A stretch of DNA of 63,285 bases, filler included, from Aduncisulcus paluster (lineage: Eukaryota): assembly GCA_024181965.1 (NCBI GenBank). It is 13 parts of 13 records of this genome, joined end to end, with 100 filler letters (N's around TTAATTAATTAA, not from the genome) between each part and the next. Parts side by side here need not be neighbours in the genome. Positions count along the whole stretch, not along the records: positions 35,543 to 50,493 come from BQXS01011630.1; 12 more parts are not named here. One strand, written 5' to 3'. The notes beneath the pieces were generated by a model. The model saw only the letters and a program-made list of their open reading frames with translations, had not been told where the DNA came from and searched no databases. Position numbers and translations under genes: made by a program. Shown here one piece after another: positions 37,777 to 48,599 of this stretch. Within the stretch, counting starts at the first letter, position 1, and each line of letters opens with the position of its first letter.

Positions 37777-40242
37777 TTAGAGTTTTATTTCTTCTTCCTT
37801 CTCATCGATAGGTTTAATCTGTTTTACGTCAGCGGGAGTTAAAACTGGGAACCAAGCTTGTTTCTTTAAGAATTTAAATCCATGTTCATGCAAGATATCC
37901 ACACTCTTTGTCCAAAAGTCTTCAAGGTATTTCATAGCATCAGTACGTTCAGTAAATGCACTTCTGAACCCATTTGAAATGATATGAAGGAGATCGGCAG
38001 CGGAGAAGTGACAATCTTGGACAGTTGTGAGCAAAGTCTGAGAGAGGTCAGATCCAGTGAGAGTCCTAGCGATAGAATTAATCACCACACAGAGATCGTT
38101 GTCAAAGTATAGACGGGTAACAGCTGGAGTGAAGCTCTTTGTCTCCTTTGTATGGCGCTTCTGATGCTGGGTATGGGCAAGTTCGATAGGAATTCTGTGA
38201 ACAGCGAGATAGTTGATCAACTCAGGATCCTTGTGGAGGGAATAGGGTGAACTGAGACGAATGGCACCACCTGCGTGCAGGGCAGACCGGATGCACTTGG
38301 CGTCCTTCCTTCCAGCACTCATGACAACATGTGTGGAGGTGTCTTTGAGGTAGTTAAAGGTAGTGCTGAAATATTTGAGTGTATCGTCGTTCAAATCTCC
38401 ACCAAGAGAGGCAAATCCAATGACGCCCAGGCAACGATAATCAACACAGAGACGGGCAGTGTTATAGAAGACAATGGGATCATCCTCTTTGCTACTGGCA
38501 AAAAGCACAACACGGAGAGTGATCTGCTCGTCGGAGGCATCGTTACATGCAACAGTGACAACCTCTACGACCTGTTGAAGAGTGAGCGAACGAGCAGTGT
38601 GGGCAGCAGGACGGATATACATCTCGGCGTACACAACGTTATCACGGACAAGCTGTTCCTTTACATCATACACGGCATCCTGGAGCTGTTCTTGGGTCTG
38701 GAGAGCTGTCTTGAGGATGCGTTTACACATCTTCTGTTGAGACACAGTCGTGCTAGCGGGGGAGAATATCTTGCTGAGTTTCTCGAGAGAGTCAATGTGA
38801 TCGGGCAAACCATTACTCTTGAAGAAGGCACGATCTTTGAGGACTTGTTTCCACACAAAGGATTCAGAAATACAACTGTCAAGACGAACATGAGTATCAG
38901 CCTTGGGCAAGGAACGAATGATTTCTTCAGAGAGGATAGGGTTGTGATGACGGTTATAATATTGGAACTTTGGTGTGCATTTAATTGGTGATTCTTTGGA
39001 GTGTTCTTCGACAGGCTCTTCAACTTCCTCTTGGGACACATCAGACTCAGAATCTCCTTTGACTTCCTTGACATCGATAGATTCTTGGGGATGTGATGAA
39101 GATAAAGCACTGACACTGTATACGAGGTCTTCTCCAATGATGGGATCGAGCTTGAATTGTTGGATAAGATGAGAGGCCTCAACACCTTCGATGGAGGATA
39201 ATACTTTGATGGCATCACGAAGAGCAACGAGACGAAGTACTGTTCTCCTGGATTTCTCAATGAAACCACTCTTGAATCCATTGTCAATGACGCGCAATAT
39301 CTCAGAAGGAACCAATTTGAATGTCTCGGTGACAAGAGAGATCTCATCACTGAGGGTAACATTACTCACAGTTGTATTATCAGTGCATGCACAAACAACG
39401 ATTCCTTTCCGAAGATATTCAGCGAAGGGATGTAAACGAAGGGATTGAACAGCTTTTGTTTGAATATTACTGGTTATACACATCTCGAGGGGAATCTCAC
39501 GGTTAAGAACAAAGCGAAACAGTTCAGCATCCTCCCTCAAACGTACACCATGACCAATTCGTTGGGCACCGCAGAATCTGATGGCATCTCTAATACTTTC
39601 AGGACCAAAAGCTTCACCAGAGTGAATAGTACAATTAATAAGTTTCTCACGAAGGGTTTCAAATGCTTCTTTGTGATCCCTAGATGGGAAACCATACTCA
39701 GGACCAGCGAGATCAAATGCAACAACACCACGATCTTTGTATCTCCAGGCAATTTCTGCAATGGAACTTGTTTGCTGGGAAGAAAGCTGTCTCATTCCAC
39801 AAACAATAATTCTGACTGTAATTGGAAGACACAACTCAGCCTGAACGGCAGCTTCACAGACGGCTTCCATAATTTCACTTCCACTTAATCCAAGTTTCAT
39901 ATGGAGAATTGGTGCAAATCTAACTTCCAAATACCGAACGTTGTCATGTACAGCATCTTCACAAACCTCAAACATAACTCTTTTAAGGGCATAGGAGCGT
40001 TGAAGAACAGACAGAGTAATATCGAATGCACGAAGGTATTCAACAAGATCTTTACAATCGGGACGCACGACAAGAAGTTTTTCCAATGATTTCAAATCGT
40101 CGCAAGGAAGTTTCACATCTTGTTCATGAGCTAATTCAAGAACAGTGGAGGGTCTAACACTTCCATCGAGATGACGATGTAATTCAGCTTTAGGTAGTTG
40201 CTTAAATATTTTGGGAGGTATTTTTATGTATTTTTCTCTCAT
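37777..40242 (-). CDS. ADA: Adenosine deaminase with a second, degenerate ADA domain
   Basis: Domain 1: LPKAELHRHLDG, FDLAGPE, TIHSGE, RIGHG, CTDN. Domain 2 starts LPKADTHVRLDS and has DNVVYAE, but lacks most metal ligands. Confidence 0.92.
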   Translation of the reverse strand: MREKYIKIPPKIFKQLPKAELHRHLDGSVRPSTVLELAHEQDVKLPCDDLKSLEKLLVVRPDCKDLVEYLRAFDITLSVLQRSYALKRVMFEVCEDAVHDNVRYLEVRFAPILHMKLGLSGSEIMEAVCEAAVQAELCLPITVRIIVCGMRQLSSQQTSSIAEIAWRYKDRGVVAFDLAGPEYGFPSRDHKEAFETLREKLINCTIHSGEAFGPESIRDAIRFCGAQRIGHGVRLREDAELFRFVLNREIPLEMCITSNIQTKAVQSLRLHPFAEYLRKGIVVCACTDNTTVSNVTLSDEISLVTETFKLVPSEILRVIDNGFKSGFIEKSRRTVLRLVALRDAIKVLSSIEGVEASHLIQQFKLDPIIGEDLVYSVSALSSSHPQESIDVKEVKGDSESDVSQEEVEEPVEEHSKESPIKCTPKFQYYNRHHNPILSEEIIRSLPKADTHVRLDSCISESFVWKQVLKDRAFFKSNGLPDHIDSLEKLSKIFSPASTTVSQQKMCKRILKTALQTQEQLQDAVYDVKEQLVRDNVVYAEMYIRPAAHTARSLTLQQVVEVVTVACNDASDEQITLRVVLFASSKEDDPIVFYNTARLCVDYRCLGVIGFASLGGDLNDDTLKYFSTTFNYLKDTSTHVVMSAGRKDAKCIRSALHAGGAIRLSSPYSLHKDPELINYLAVHRIPIELAHTQHQKRHTKETKSFTPAVTRLYFDNDLCVVINSIARTLTGSDLSQTLLTTVQDCHFSAADLLHIISNGFRSAFTERTDAMKYLEDFWTKSVDILHEHGFKFLKKQAWFPVLTPADVKQIKPIDEKEEEIKL

Positions 40243-40441
40243 TTTTTCTTTTTGCTATCACCAAATAAAGAATTTTAAATTCATTTTACCGATCAAGAAA
40301 ATTCCGGAGGAGTGAAGAATAATCAGGCTTCGAAAAAGAAAGAAGAAATTCTGAAATTATACAATAATTTTATTGAAGATATTGATTATATATATTTATA
40401 TTTCCCTGAATTCCATATTACCCTGGAAAGTCCTATAGTTG

Positions 40442-40917
40442 CTATTGAGATCCTTCATCACGCAATAGGTCTTTTAATTCACTGGTCATTTTTTCTACAT
40501 CAGTAATAGCTGCATCTTTACGACTGGCTTGCATTCGGGCTGTCTCTTCATCACATTCCCTTATAGCCTTTTTTATCGAATCAAGTTTTCTTGAAAGTTG
40601 TGCAATTGTTGTTTCACTTTCTTCTTTATGTTCAATAAAATCCTTTTTTGTTTTCTTTGATGAAGAGAAAGAAAAGAAAAAATGAAGAAAGAAAAGTTGT
40701 TAATGAATAAAAAAAGACGGGGGAAAACAGAATAAACAATTATATGGTTAATTCATACCTCATAATATTCACTTTTCATTGTACATAGCTTATCTAATCC
40801 CGAAATATCCCTTTTCAAAACTTCAATATCATACATATCCTGTTGGTATTCTTTTGAACCTGAATCGAGCTCTTTAGCAATTTTCTCTGCATCTTTTTCG
40901 GTAAAAGAAACTGACAT
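40442..40917 (-). CDS. Small two-exon coiled-coil protein (123 aa), not in the ORF track
   Basis: Exon 1 40917-40759 (MSVSFTEKDAEKIAKEL...SEYYE), intron 40758-40655 (GTATGA...pyrimidine tract...AAG, phase 0), exon 2 40654-40442 (KTKKDFIEH...RDEGSQ, TAG). Confidence 0.7.
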
Positions 40918-41061
40918 TGATGAATTAATATGATTATATGACCAAGAAAAAGGGATGATTTAATTAGCTCGTCTTCTAAGACATATTTAGCCGAACAAAT
41001 CAATTTGTTAAAACAGGATAAATAATTGTAATTAATAATTTATATTTACTTTTCAACGACA

Positions 41062-42363
41062 TCATTCCTCTTCTTCCTCTTCCTTCCTGTGCAATTTTCT
41101 TGTTTCCTGATCTTCATCCACTTTTTCATCCTCTTCTTCTTCTCCTTTTAAACGCCATAATGAAACTGTTTTTGAAATATCTGCTCCAATTGATTCATAT
41201 CCAGCACCAGGACATCCAATTCTTTTGAGTTGGTCGACAATCCGTTGGGTCTCTTTTGTTAACTCTACGGCTGTATTCCTATCGAGCATATTCGTAGGTA
41301 GAATATTCAAAAGGTAATGCGGTGAGTAATATTCATAATGTCTATTAAAAGGAATCTCCTCAGAGACAGCATGTCTACAGAGAACAGCAGTCTCGTAGGT
41401 CCAGCATCGAGCTACATTCCGAAGAGTATAACCACCTCCCCCAAGAACGAGAAGAGGAAGGCCTGTATCCCGAATATATCTCACACATTCACCATGGCCG
41501 TTCAGAGTAAGATTAAAGGATCCTAATCTATCATTTGCAAGACTATCAGCACCACATTGCATCACAATGGCACTTGGTTTGAAATATTTGAGCACATTAT
41601 CAATAACAGGCTTGAAACAGCCGAGGTACATGTCATCACGAACACCATCGGTGAAAGGAAAGTTTACAGCAAAACCACGACCATCTCCACGGCCAATATC
41701 ATCCCTAGCTCCAGTTCCAGGGAAGAATTGATCTCCGTATTTATGGAATGAGAGTGTCATAACTCTGTCAGAGGTATAAAATGCTTCTTCAACTCCATCA
41801 CCATGATGGATGTCAATATCAATATATAATACACGTTCATATGCTTTAAGAAGTTCAAGAATAGCGAGAACAATATCATTACAATAACAAAATCCACTGG
41901 CTTCACTGATTTTGGCGTGATGATACCCACCCATAAAATTGATACAAATTTCTGCATCTTTCGACGCTAATTGAGCAGCAGCACCAATTGACGCACCACA
42001 TGCAGTAGCACAAAAATCATATAATCCAGAGAATATTGGGCACTCATCATTAATACCAAATCGACGGAGATGATCCTTGCAAGTTGGACTTTGATAAGTT
42101 TCTGGGGTGGCTTCCCTAATAAATTTAATATATTCATCGGCATGAAATGCTGTCATATCTCTCACAGATGCAGGACGAGGTTCATAAATATTCAAATGAC
42201 GGTGCAATCCATATGAGACCACAAGTTCATGAACAAGTGACATTCTAAAGGGTCTCATCGGATGTCCAGCACCATAATAATATCCCCCAAAATCAGGGGA
42301 GTAAAAATAATTTACCTTTGGCATCAACTCAAAGAAAACTTCACGATTTGTGTCCGCACTCAT
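41062..42363 (-). CDS. Class I histone deacetylase (Rpd3/HDAC1-like)
   Basis: YYYGAGHPMRP, GGYHHAK..ASGFCY.NDIV, YIDIDIHHGDGVE, QCGADSL..DRLG, GGGGY. Probable start MSADTNRE at 42363. Confidence 0.96.
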   Translation of the reverse strand: MSADTNREVFFELMPKVNYFYSPDFGGYYYGAGHPMRPFRMSLVHELVVSYGLHRHLNIYEPRPASVRDMTAFHADEYIKFIREATPETYQSPTCKDHLRRFGINDECPIFSGLYDFCATACGASIGAAAQLASKDAEICINFMGGYHHAKISEASGFCYCNDIVLAILELLKAYERVLYIDIDIHHGDGVEEAFYTSDRVMTLSFHKYGDQFFPGTGARDDIGRGDGRGFAVNFPFTDGVRDDMYLGCFKPVIDNVLKYFKPSAIVMQCGADSLANDRLGSFNLTLNGHGECVRYIRDTGLPLLVLGGGGYTLRNVARCWTYETAVLCRHAVSEEIPFNRHYEYYSPHYLLNILPTNMLDRNTAVELTKETQRIVDQLKRIGCPGAGYESIGADISKTVSLWRLKGEEEEDEKVDEDQETRKLHRKEEEEEE

Positions 42364-42538
42364 TGGACAATTAAAAACACAATTTAAATAGTTAAATTTC
42401 AATTTATGGACAAAAAATAATATCATATCATTATTTAGGTCCTCCGATTCATCGTGGTAGAGGTGAGGAAATCAATCCATTTTTTCTTCTCGGATAGAAG
42501 TTTTTTATTTCATAACTAATTATTATATTTGCAGGAAT

Positions 42539-43829
42539 ATGGAGGACGAAGTGATATCACCAATATATGAAAAAATTGGAGTAGCCATAACTTGGATGGC
42601 TTTGAATGTCTTTGCTATGGTCTCTGTTTTCACAGGTGTCAATGTTGGAATGAAATATTCAAATTATTTCTCGCAATCTAAGATTGAAAAGGCTGAAGAT
42701 GCAGGATGGTTTGTTGTTGTCGCTGGTGTATTCTTGACTGGTATTTATTTCGCTTTCAAATATCTCGCAAAGAAATGGCTTGATATTGTTTTTAAATCAT
42801 ACTTTGCCATTGCGGTAGTTGTATCTGTTGGATCTTTTTTTGCTCCTTTCATTGNNNNNNNNNNNNNNNNNNNNAAAGGCTGAAGATGCAGGATGGTTTG
42901 TTGTTGTCGCTGGTGTATTCTTGACTGGTATTTATTTCGCTTTCAAATATCTCGCAAAGAAATGGCTTGATATTGTTTTTAAATCATACTTTGCCATTGC
43001 GGTAGTTGTATCTGTTGGATCTTTTTTTGCTCCTTTCATTGATTGGATTGTTCCCAAACTCAAAGATAGAAAATTGAAAGATCTCAGGGTTAGTTCCCTC
43101 ATTGGGTGTGCTTTTGTGATTCCCCTTGCTATTACAATTGCCTTCTATGGAAATTGGCGTCTTGAAGATGTCGTAGGGATTCTTCTTTGTGCTGCAGCCA
43201 TCTCTGAACTCAGAATCACCTCTATGAAGATAGGAATTTTCCTGCTCTATCTTTTGCTTGTTTATGATGTCGTATTTGTATTTTTCACCCCTATTATGGT
43301 TGGTGTCGCCACAAAGATCACTATCCCTGTCAAATTCTCTTTCCCTCGTAATATTCTCACCGAAGCTGGACGCGAAGGCATGTCCGGCATGGGATTTGGA
43401 GATGTTGTTCTTCCAGGTGCTTTCTTATTCATTGTTAGGAGAGCTGAGCATTTCCTTAGAGAGAAACGTGCTTCCCAAATAATTGAATCTGAGAGACTCG
43501 CTCAGACGAAAAAGGGTAGAAAAGAGAAGAAAGAAGAAGAGAAAAAAGTTGTTCTCCCCCCTATTCATATTTACCGTAGCTGCGTGATCTGGTATTTCAT
43601 TGCCTTGATTATCACTGAGTTATGCTGTGTATTCTGGAGATCCCAGCCTGCCCTTCTTTACATTGTTCCCTGCTTGTCCATTGGTCTCTTTATTGGGTCT
43701 GTTAAGGGGAAATGTGTGAAAGAAGTCTGGAATTACGAAGAAAAGGAGGAAGAGGTTGAAATAATTGAGGAAGAGGAGGATGAAGGACATTCTGATGAAT
43801 CTGACAAACCTAAGAAGAAGAAGGAGTGA
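42539..43829 (+). CDS. Signal peptide peptidase-like GxGD aspartyl protease (A22B)
   Basis: Multiple TM helices, YD (LVYDVVFVF), GMGFGDVVLPG and QPALLYIVP. Split by the N-gap duplication at 42855-42874. Confidence 0.92.
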
Positions 43830-44256
43830 TTAATCATTAATCAATCGTGGTGTCAGGGGATTTTCTCGGTGAAAATTTTTGGATTCCAATTATTTGGGCA
43901 AATTTTTTGATTTATATCAATGATATTGAATAAAAAGGTTTATTCGGGGTGTTGTAAATTCAATTTATAATAATTTCGAATCTTTTCGATCAAATATCTT
44001 GAAAAAAAAAAAGATTGACAGTGAGTCAATGATACTGGGTAAAGTCAACAAAGGTCAAAATATTCCATCCAGATATTGTAAATTTCACTAATATATGAAG
44101 ATAATAGGCTAAATTAGGAACATGATTATGCTTTAATCAACATTTTTTAATGATTTAATCAATGATACCGCATTAATCGATCAAAGAAAGGTTAAACTAA
44201 TTGATTAATGGTAGATTAAAGCAGAATTGAATCAATAAATAACACGTAATAACGTC

Positions 44257-45896
44257 TTATTCTTCCTCTTCCTTCTTTTCCTTGTGCCTTGACATGGCTT
44301 CTTCCGGATCAACAAAGTGCATAATCTTTCCCTCAGTGAACATATCCACAATATATTTACACGCTTTCTCGACGTCATATTTTCCTCCATGTTTATACAT
44401 ATTCCTTTTCTTTGCTACTTCATAGATAAGTTTCAAATGAGGAGCAACTTGACTGTCACTTCCAACAATGTCTCTCCCGGCCTCATCTTTCCACCACGCT
44501 GGAATACCAATGCCTCGTCCAATGGCCTCTTTGGAACAACGAGAGACGATTCTCTTCACAGGAACCTCATAATCATGGACGGCCTCAGTCTTAACACCCA
44601 TCAAAACAAGCTCAGCCTCATCATGCCTCGAAAAATCAATACCTGGTGTGTCAATGATGGAAAGACGGTCACTCACATCAAACAGGGCTTGAGTGGTGGT
44701 CTGTCCGGCTTTTGAAGCGATGGAAATCCCTTTCTTACCTCGGGAAAGAGTGAAAATAATACTTGACTTTCCAACATTGGGAAATCCACAAACACCAGCA
44801 ATTGTCTTCATTCCTCCTCTTCCTTTGGTTGCAGCGGTGATTAGATCCTTGACACCAACTGAATGAGCTTTTCCAAGACGTTTGACATCACTGACCTTCA
44901 CACTAATTGAATGAGCAACTTGACTAGCCTTGAATAGGACGCATTGAGTATCGGGCGTGGTGAGCATTTTTTTCCAGGCTAACGCATTTTCGAGAGGGAC
45001 AAGATCTATTTTGTTCAGGACATAAACTAATTTTTTCTTTTGTTTAGCAATCTCTTGTTCGAGAGATTCATTCCTATAAGCCAAAGGATTTCGGCAATCT
45101 AATACCTCGTAAAGAACATCACAAGCACGAATGGCATCAGCAAGAGCTTTCTTATACTTTGAACTGGCTTTGGTTCCTTGNNNNNNNNNNNNNNNNNNNN
45201 CTTGACACCAACTGAATGAGCTTTTCCAAGACGTTTGACATCACTGACCTTCACACTAATTGAATGAGCAACTTGACTAGCCTTGAATAGGACGCATTGA
45301 GTATCGGGCGTGGTGAGCATTTTTTTCCAGGCTAACGCATTTTCGAGAGGGACAAGATCTATTTTGTTCAGGACATAAACTAATTTTTTCTTTTGTTTAG
45401 CAATCTCTTGTTCGAGAGATTCATTCCTATAAGCCAAAGGATTTCGGCAATCTAATACCTCGTAAAGAACATCACAAGCACGAATGGCATCAGCAAGAGC
45501 TTTCTTATACTTTGAACTGGCTTTGGTTCCTTGAGCAGTAGATCCTCTTTCCTGCTCAACTCGCTTTTCAAACTTATCTAATTCCATCTTTCCTTCGTCA
45601 ATTAAAGTCGATATGGCTTCAGATTGAAATGAGGTGGTGGGGTGAGTTGAGAGAAATTCATCACGTTCATATCTTTTTTGGAGAGCAGCACGGGCTTTTT
45701 GAATGAGTCTCTTTTCATCTTTTTTGTTGGATTTGGACTGAATTCCCTTCCCTTTTCTAACAGAACGGTTTTGAGCCTTCCTTTTTGACGTTAAGATCTC
45801 TAAAGCGAAAATATCGATGTAATGATACGTAAATCACAAAAAAACAAGATAACTAAGATGCAAACAACAAAATTTAGACATACTTTTTTGAGCCAT
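44257..45896 (-). CDS. Circularly permuted GTPase, Nug1/GNL3(nucleostemin)-like; two exons
   Basis: DVLYEVLDCRNP, G4 NKID preceding G1 GFPNVGKSS and G3 DTPG, with a basic N-terminus. Exon 1 45896-45884, intron 45883-45800 (GTATGT...TTTAG). N-gap duplication at 45181-45200. Confidence 0.88.
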
Positions 45897-46149
45897 TCAC
45901 AGGATTACGAGCCAAGAAGAGTATTCATTTCAATCAAAGAAATATGATGATTTAGAAATGAATTTACACGAATTATTTATGTTGATTCGAGTTTAGTCTC
46001 AAAAAATGGTATATTTTGTTGTTTTTCGTTCAACTAACAACCCCCTATCCAATTTCTTCGATTTGCAGACCATCCAAGGATAGTCCTGTTTCATTTACAT
46101 TCATATTTCGGTTTTTTATAGCTATACATTTTAGTTTTCACTTTGTATT

Positions 46150-48207
46150 ATGATAAGATTCTTTAGAACTTCCAATTCAAGTGATTTTTGTGAAATATGC
46201 TTTCAACAAGGACACACGAGATCTCAATGCCGAGAAGGTCCTTGCTTTTTATGTGGAATGACTGGGCATAATAGTGATTCCTGTCCGAAACGTGTATGTT
46301 TTTATTGTGGAAAGTTAGGGCATGATTTATTTTCTTGCTCTGATTTTAGGACTGCCCTCCATCGAAGACAGAAATTCAATCGTGATCCACTTTTTTCTAT
46401 TGATCCTAAGACTTGTGGTTCCCATAAATTTGATGAAAAGGTGTGGCCTCTGGCTTGTTACCGTTGTGGTCAATCTCATGCTCCTTGGCGGTGTCCGCTC
46501 GTGTCTCCACGCTGTGCATTGTGTGGAGAACCTGGGCATTATAGTCGAATGTGCGATTTCTGGTTTCTTGGCCAGTTAAGTGTGGTATGGTTGGTTTATT
46601 CTCGATACAATACTCTTTTGCAACGATTACTTTTGCTTAAAAAATACATCAGAGACGAGTTTACTTTCTCGAGCAAAGGGGAATTTGATGTGAAATGTAT
46701 TCTTCAGAAATCGATTAAATTGTTACGGAAATATGGAGAAAATATTGGGAAGTATCTACGCATTGTGAGAAACAATAGGGATAAAATATATAATATATTT
46801 TCAGAACAGCTTAAATATTTATTGTCTGAGAGTCCACGTATGAAATTAATTTCCAGATATGATACGTCAAAGAGCAAGCATTTCAAATATGGTGATTTTC
46901 GTTCAAAACAATCTCTTCAAGGTGATTCCAGCCTTCCTTTAGTGCTTATTGCCCATTCAAAGGGTTCATCCAGACCCCCTGACCTTGTGCAACCTGTTAT
47001 GAGCCTCAAGGAACAATTGGAAGAATATGTCAAAGTATTCTCTCATTCGCCGGATACCACAAAGATATTCCATGCCACCCAACCGAGTTTGATTGTTGAA
47101 ACATGTCGAATTCCGCCAAAGTTAATTGGACGAGTTGTTCTTCAAAGTTACAAAGAAGCTATTCGTGATTTGTCATTCAGACAGGTGAAATATAAACCAG
47201 TCATTTTCATGATGAATAAGGTTATCGGGCTTCCATTGATGAGTTCACACGAGATCCAGATGTTCATGAATCCTTTCAATATATATTGTTGCAAATGCGG
47301 GGAGTCCGGACATTCTGCCTTGGAATGTCGTATACTTCGTCGGGGTATGCCAACACTTCCTCTGGCTGAGCTGGCACCTCGTGGCAACAGAAACCTTTCA
47401 GATGGGGAGAGGAAAGAGGTTAGGGAAAGGGAAAGAGAAATAGGAAGTTACATTTATACAAATATCTCTAGAGATTCATCTTCATGTACAAGCTTGACTC
47501 ATGGGAAAGAAAAAACTGTCACTGCATCTGAAGCATCTCATTTTGACACTTTCTTGCTTGTTCGGGATATTGAGGAGAAGAGAAGGGTTTCAGATTGTCA
47601 GAAATCCGGAGGAACTTCTTCTCTTTCTTCACTTGGGTCTGACTCAACAATCAGGACAAACAAGACATTAATTCCTGGCGATATTTCTGGTATTTTGAGT
47701 TCCTCTTCTTCCCGTTCATCTCGTACCTCACATTCCCTTCCTTCGAAACCTGTGAAGCGAGCTTTTGACGAGGAAGTGTTTGCCCGTTCGTGTCTGGATT
47801 CTGATGGATGTTGTGCATATTCGTGTGAAAAAGTATGGAGAGTTGACCATTGTGAACGTATCCGAAGAAGCGGATGTCCTGGAATCTGTGAAGACATCAG
47901 CGAGGATGTCTGGATGGCTCTTGAGCTTATTCAAGACGATATCACTAGTGCATCATGGGATGATGATAGTGCGGAGGAGGATATACCACCTCATGCTGAC
48001 ACTACCCAACCTAAACAATCCGCGGCTAAAAAGAGACGTTCACAACCACAACAATACCAGTCGGGGATGAAGAAACAGACAGGGACTCGTGGTGGTCAGG
48101 ATACGGGGGGGAAGAGAAGACATGCAGAGAGGGCACGGGGAAAGAGAACCGCAAGAGATTACCGCAAGAAAAGAGCTCAAGGTCGAAATCCTTCATCGAG
48201 AAAATAG
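46150..48207 (+). CDS. CCHC zinc-knuckle protein, Air1/Air2/ZCCHC7-like
   Basis: Five N-terminal knuckle-like motifs (four CX2CX4HX4C, one CX2CX3HX4C) plus a distal IYCCKCGESGHSALEC; basic tail. No retroviral protease or RT follows. Confidence 0.75.
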   Translation: MIRFFRTSNSSDFCEICFQQGHTRSQCREGPCFLCGMTGHNSDSCPKRVCFYCGKLGHDLFSCSDFRTALHRRQKFNRDPLFSIDPKTCGSHKFDEKVWPLACYRCGQSHAPWRCPLVSPRCALCGEPGHYSRMCDFWFLGQLSVVWLVYSRYNTLLQRLLLLKKYIRDEFTFSSKGEFDVKCILQKSIKLLRKYGENIGKYLRIVRNNRDKIYNIFSEQLKYLLSESPRMKLISRYDTSKSKHFKYGDFRSKQSLQGDSSLPLVLIAHSKGSSRPPDLVQPVMSLKEQLEEYVKVFSHSPDTTKIFHATQPSLIVETCRIPPKLIGRVVLQSYKEAIRDLSFRQVKYKPVIFMMNKVIGLPLMSSHEIQMFMNPFNIYCCKCGESGHSALECRILRRGMPTLPLAELAPRGNRNLSDGERKEVREREREIGSYIYTNISRDSSSCTSLTHGKEKTVTASEASHFDTFLLVRDIEEKRRVSDCQKSGGTSSLSSLGSDSTIRTNKTLIPGDISGILSSSSSRSSRTSHSLPSKPVKRAFDEEVFARSCLDSDGCCAYSCEKVWRVDHCERIRRSGCPGICEDISEDVWMALELIQDDITSASWDDDSAEEDIPPHADTTQPKQSAAKKRRSQPQQYQSGMKKQTGTRGGQDTGGKRRHAERARGKRTARDYRKKRAQGRNPSSRK

Positions 48208-48272
48208 ATTTTATTTAAAATATTGTTGCTTATAATAATTCATAATAATATTGTATATGTCTCTTTATTTTG

Positions 48273-48599
48273 GGCGAAGGTTGTTATGTCCGTGGGTTGT
48301 TCCTTGATGGTGCAAGGTGGGATTATGAGCATCATCAAATCACGGATCAACTTCCGAAGGAGCTGTACTCTGTGATGCCTCGGATCCGTTTCAAGCCTGA
48401 GCAGCATCACAAGCCTCCTCCAGACACATCGTCGTCAAAGTATGTGTGTCCCATGTATAAGACATTGGAGAGAGCAGGTGTGCTCAGTACGACAGGACAC
48501 TCAAGTAACTATATCTTGCCCGTTGAGCTCCCATCGAACAAGACACAGGCTGTGTGGATCAAGAGAGGTGCTGTTCTTGTCTGTGCATTGGATGACTGA
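48273..48599 (+). CDS. Isolated C-terminal ~108 aa of an axonemal dynein heavy chain (no start codon)
   Basis: GCYVRGLFLDGARWD, YVCPMYKT..RAGVLSTTGHSSNY, WIKRGAVLVCALDD*. The second copy at 48689-48911 is an N-gap duplicate. Confidence 0.9.
   Translation, partial: GEGCYVRGLFLDGARWDYEHHQITDQLPKELYSVMPRIRFKPEQHHKPPPDTSSSKYVCPMYKTLERAGVLSTTGHSSNYILPVELPSNKTQAVWIKRGAVLVCALDD

Noticed and set aside
46150..46560. CCHC knuckles as retroviral/LTR Gag
   Set aside because: No capsid, protease, RT or LTRs. The gene sits among housekeeping genes.
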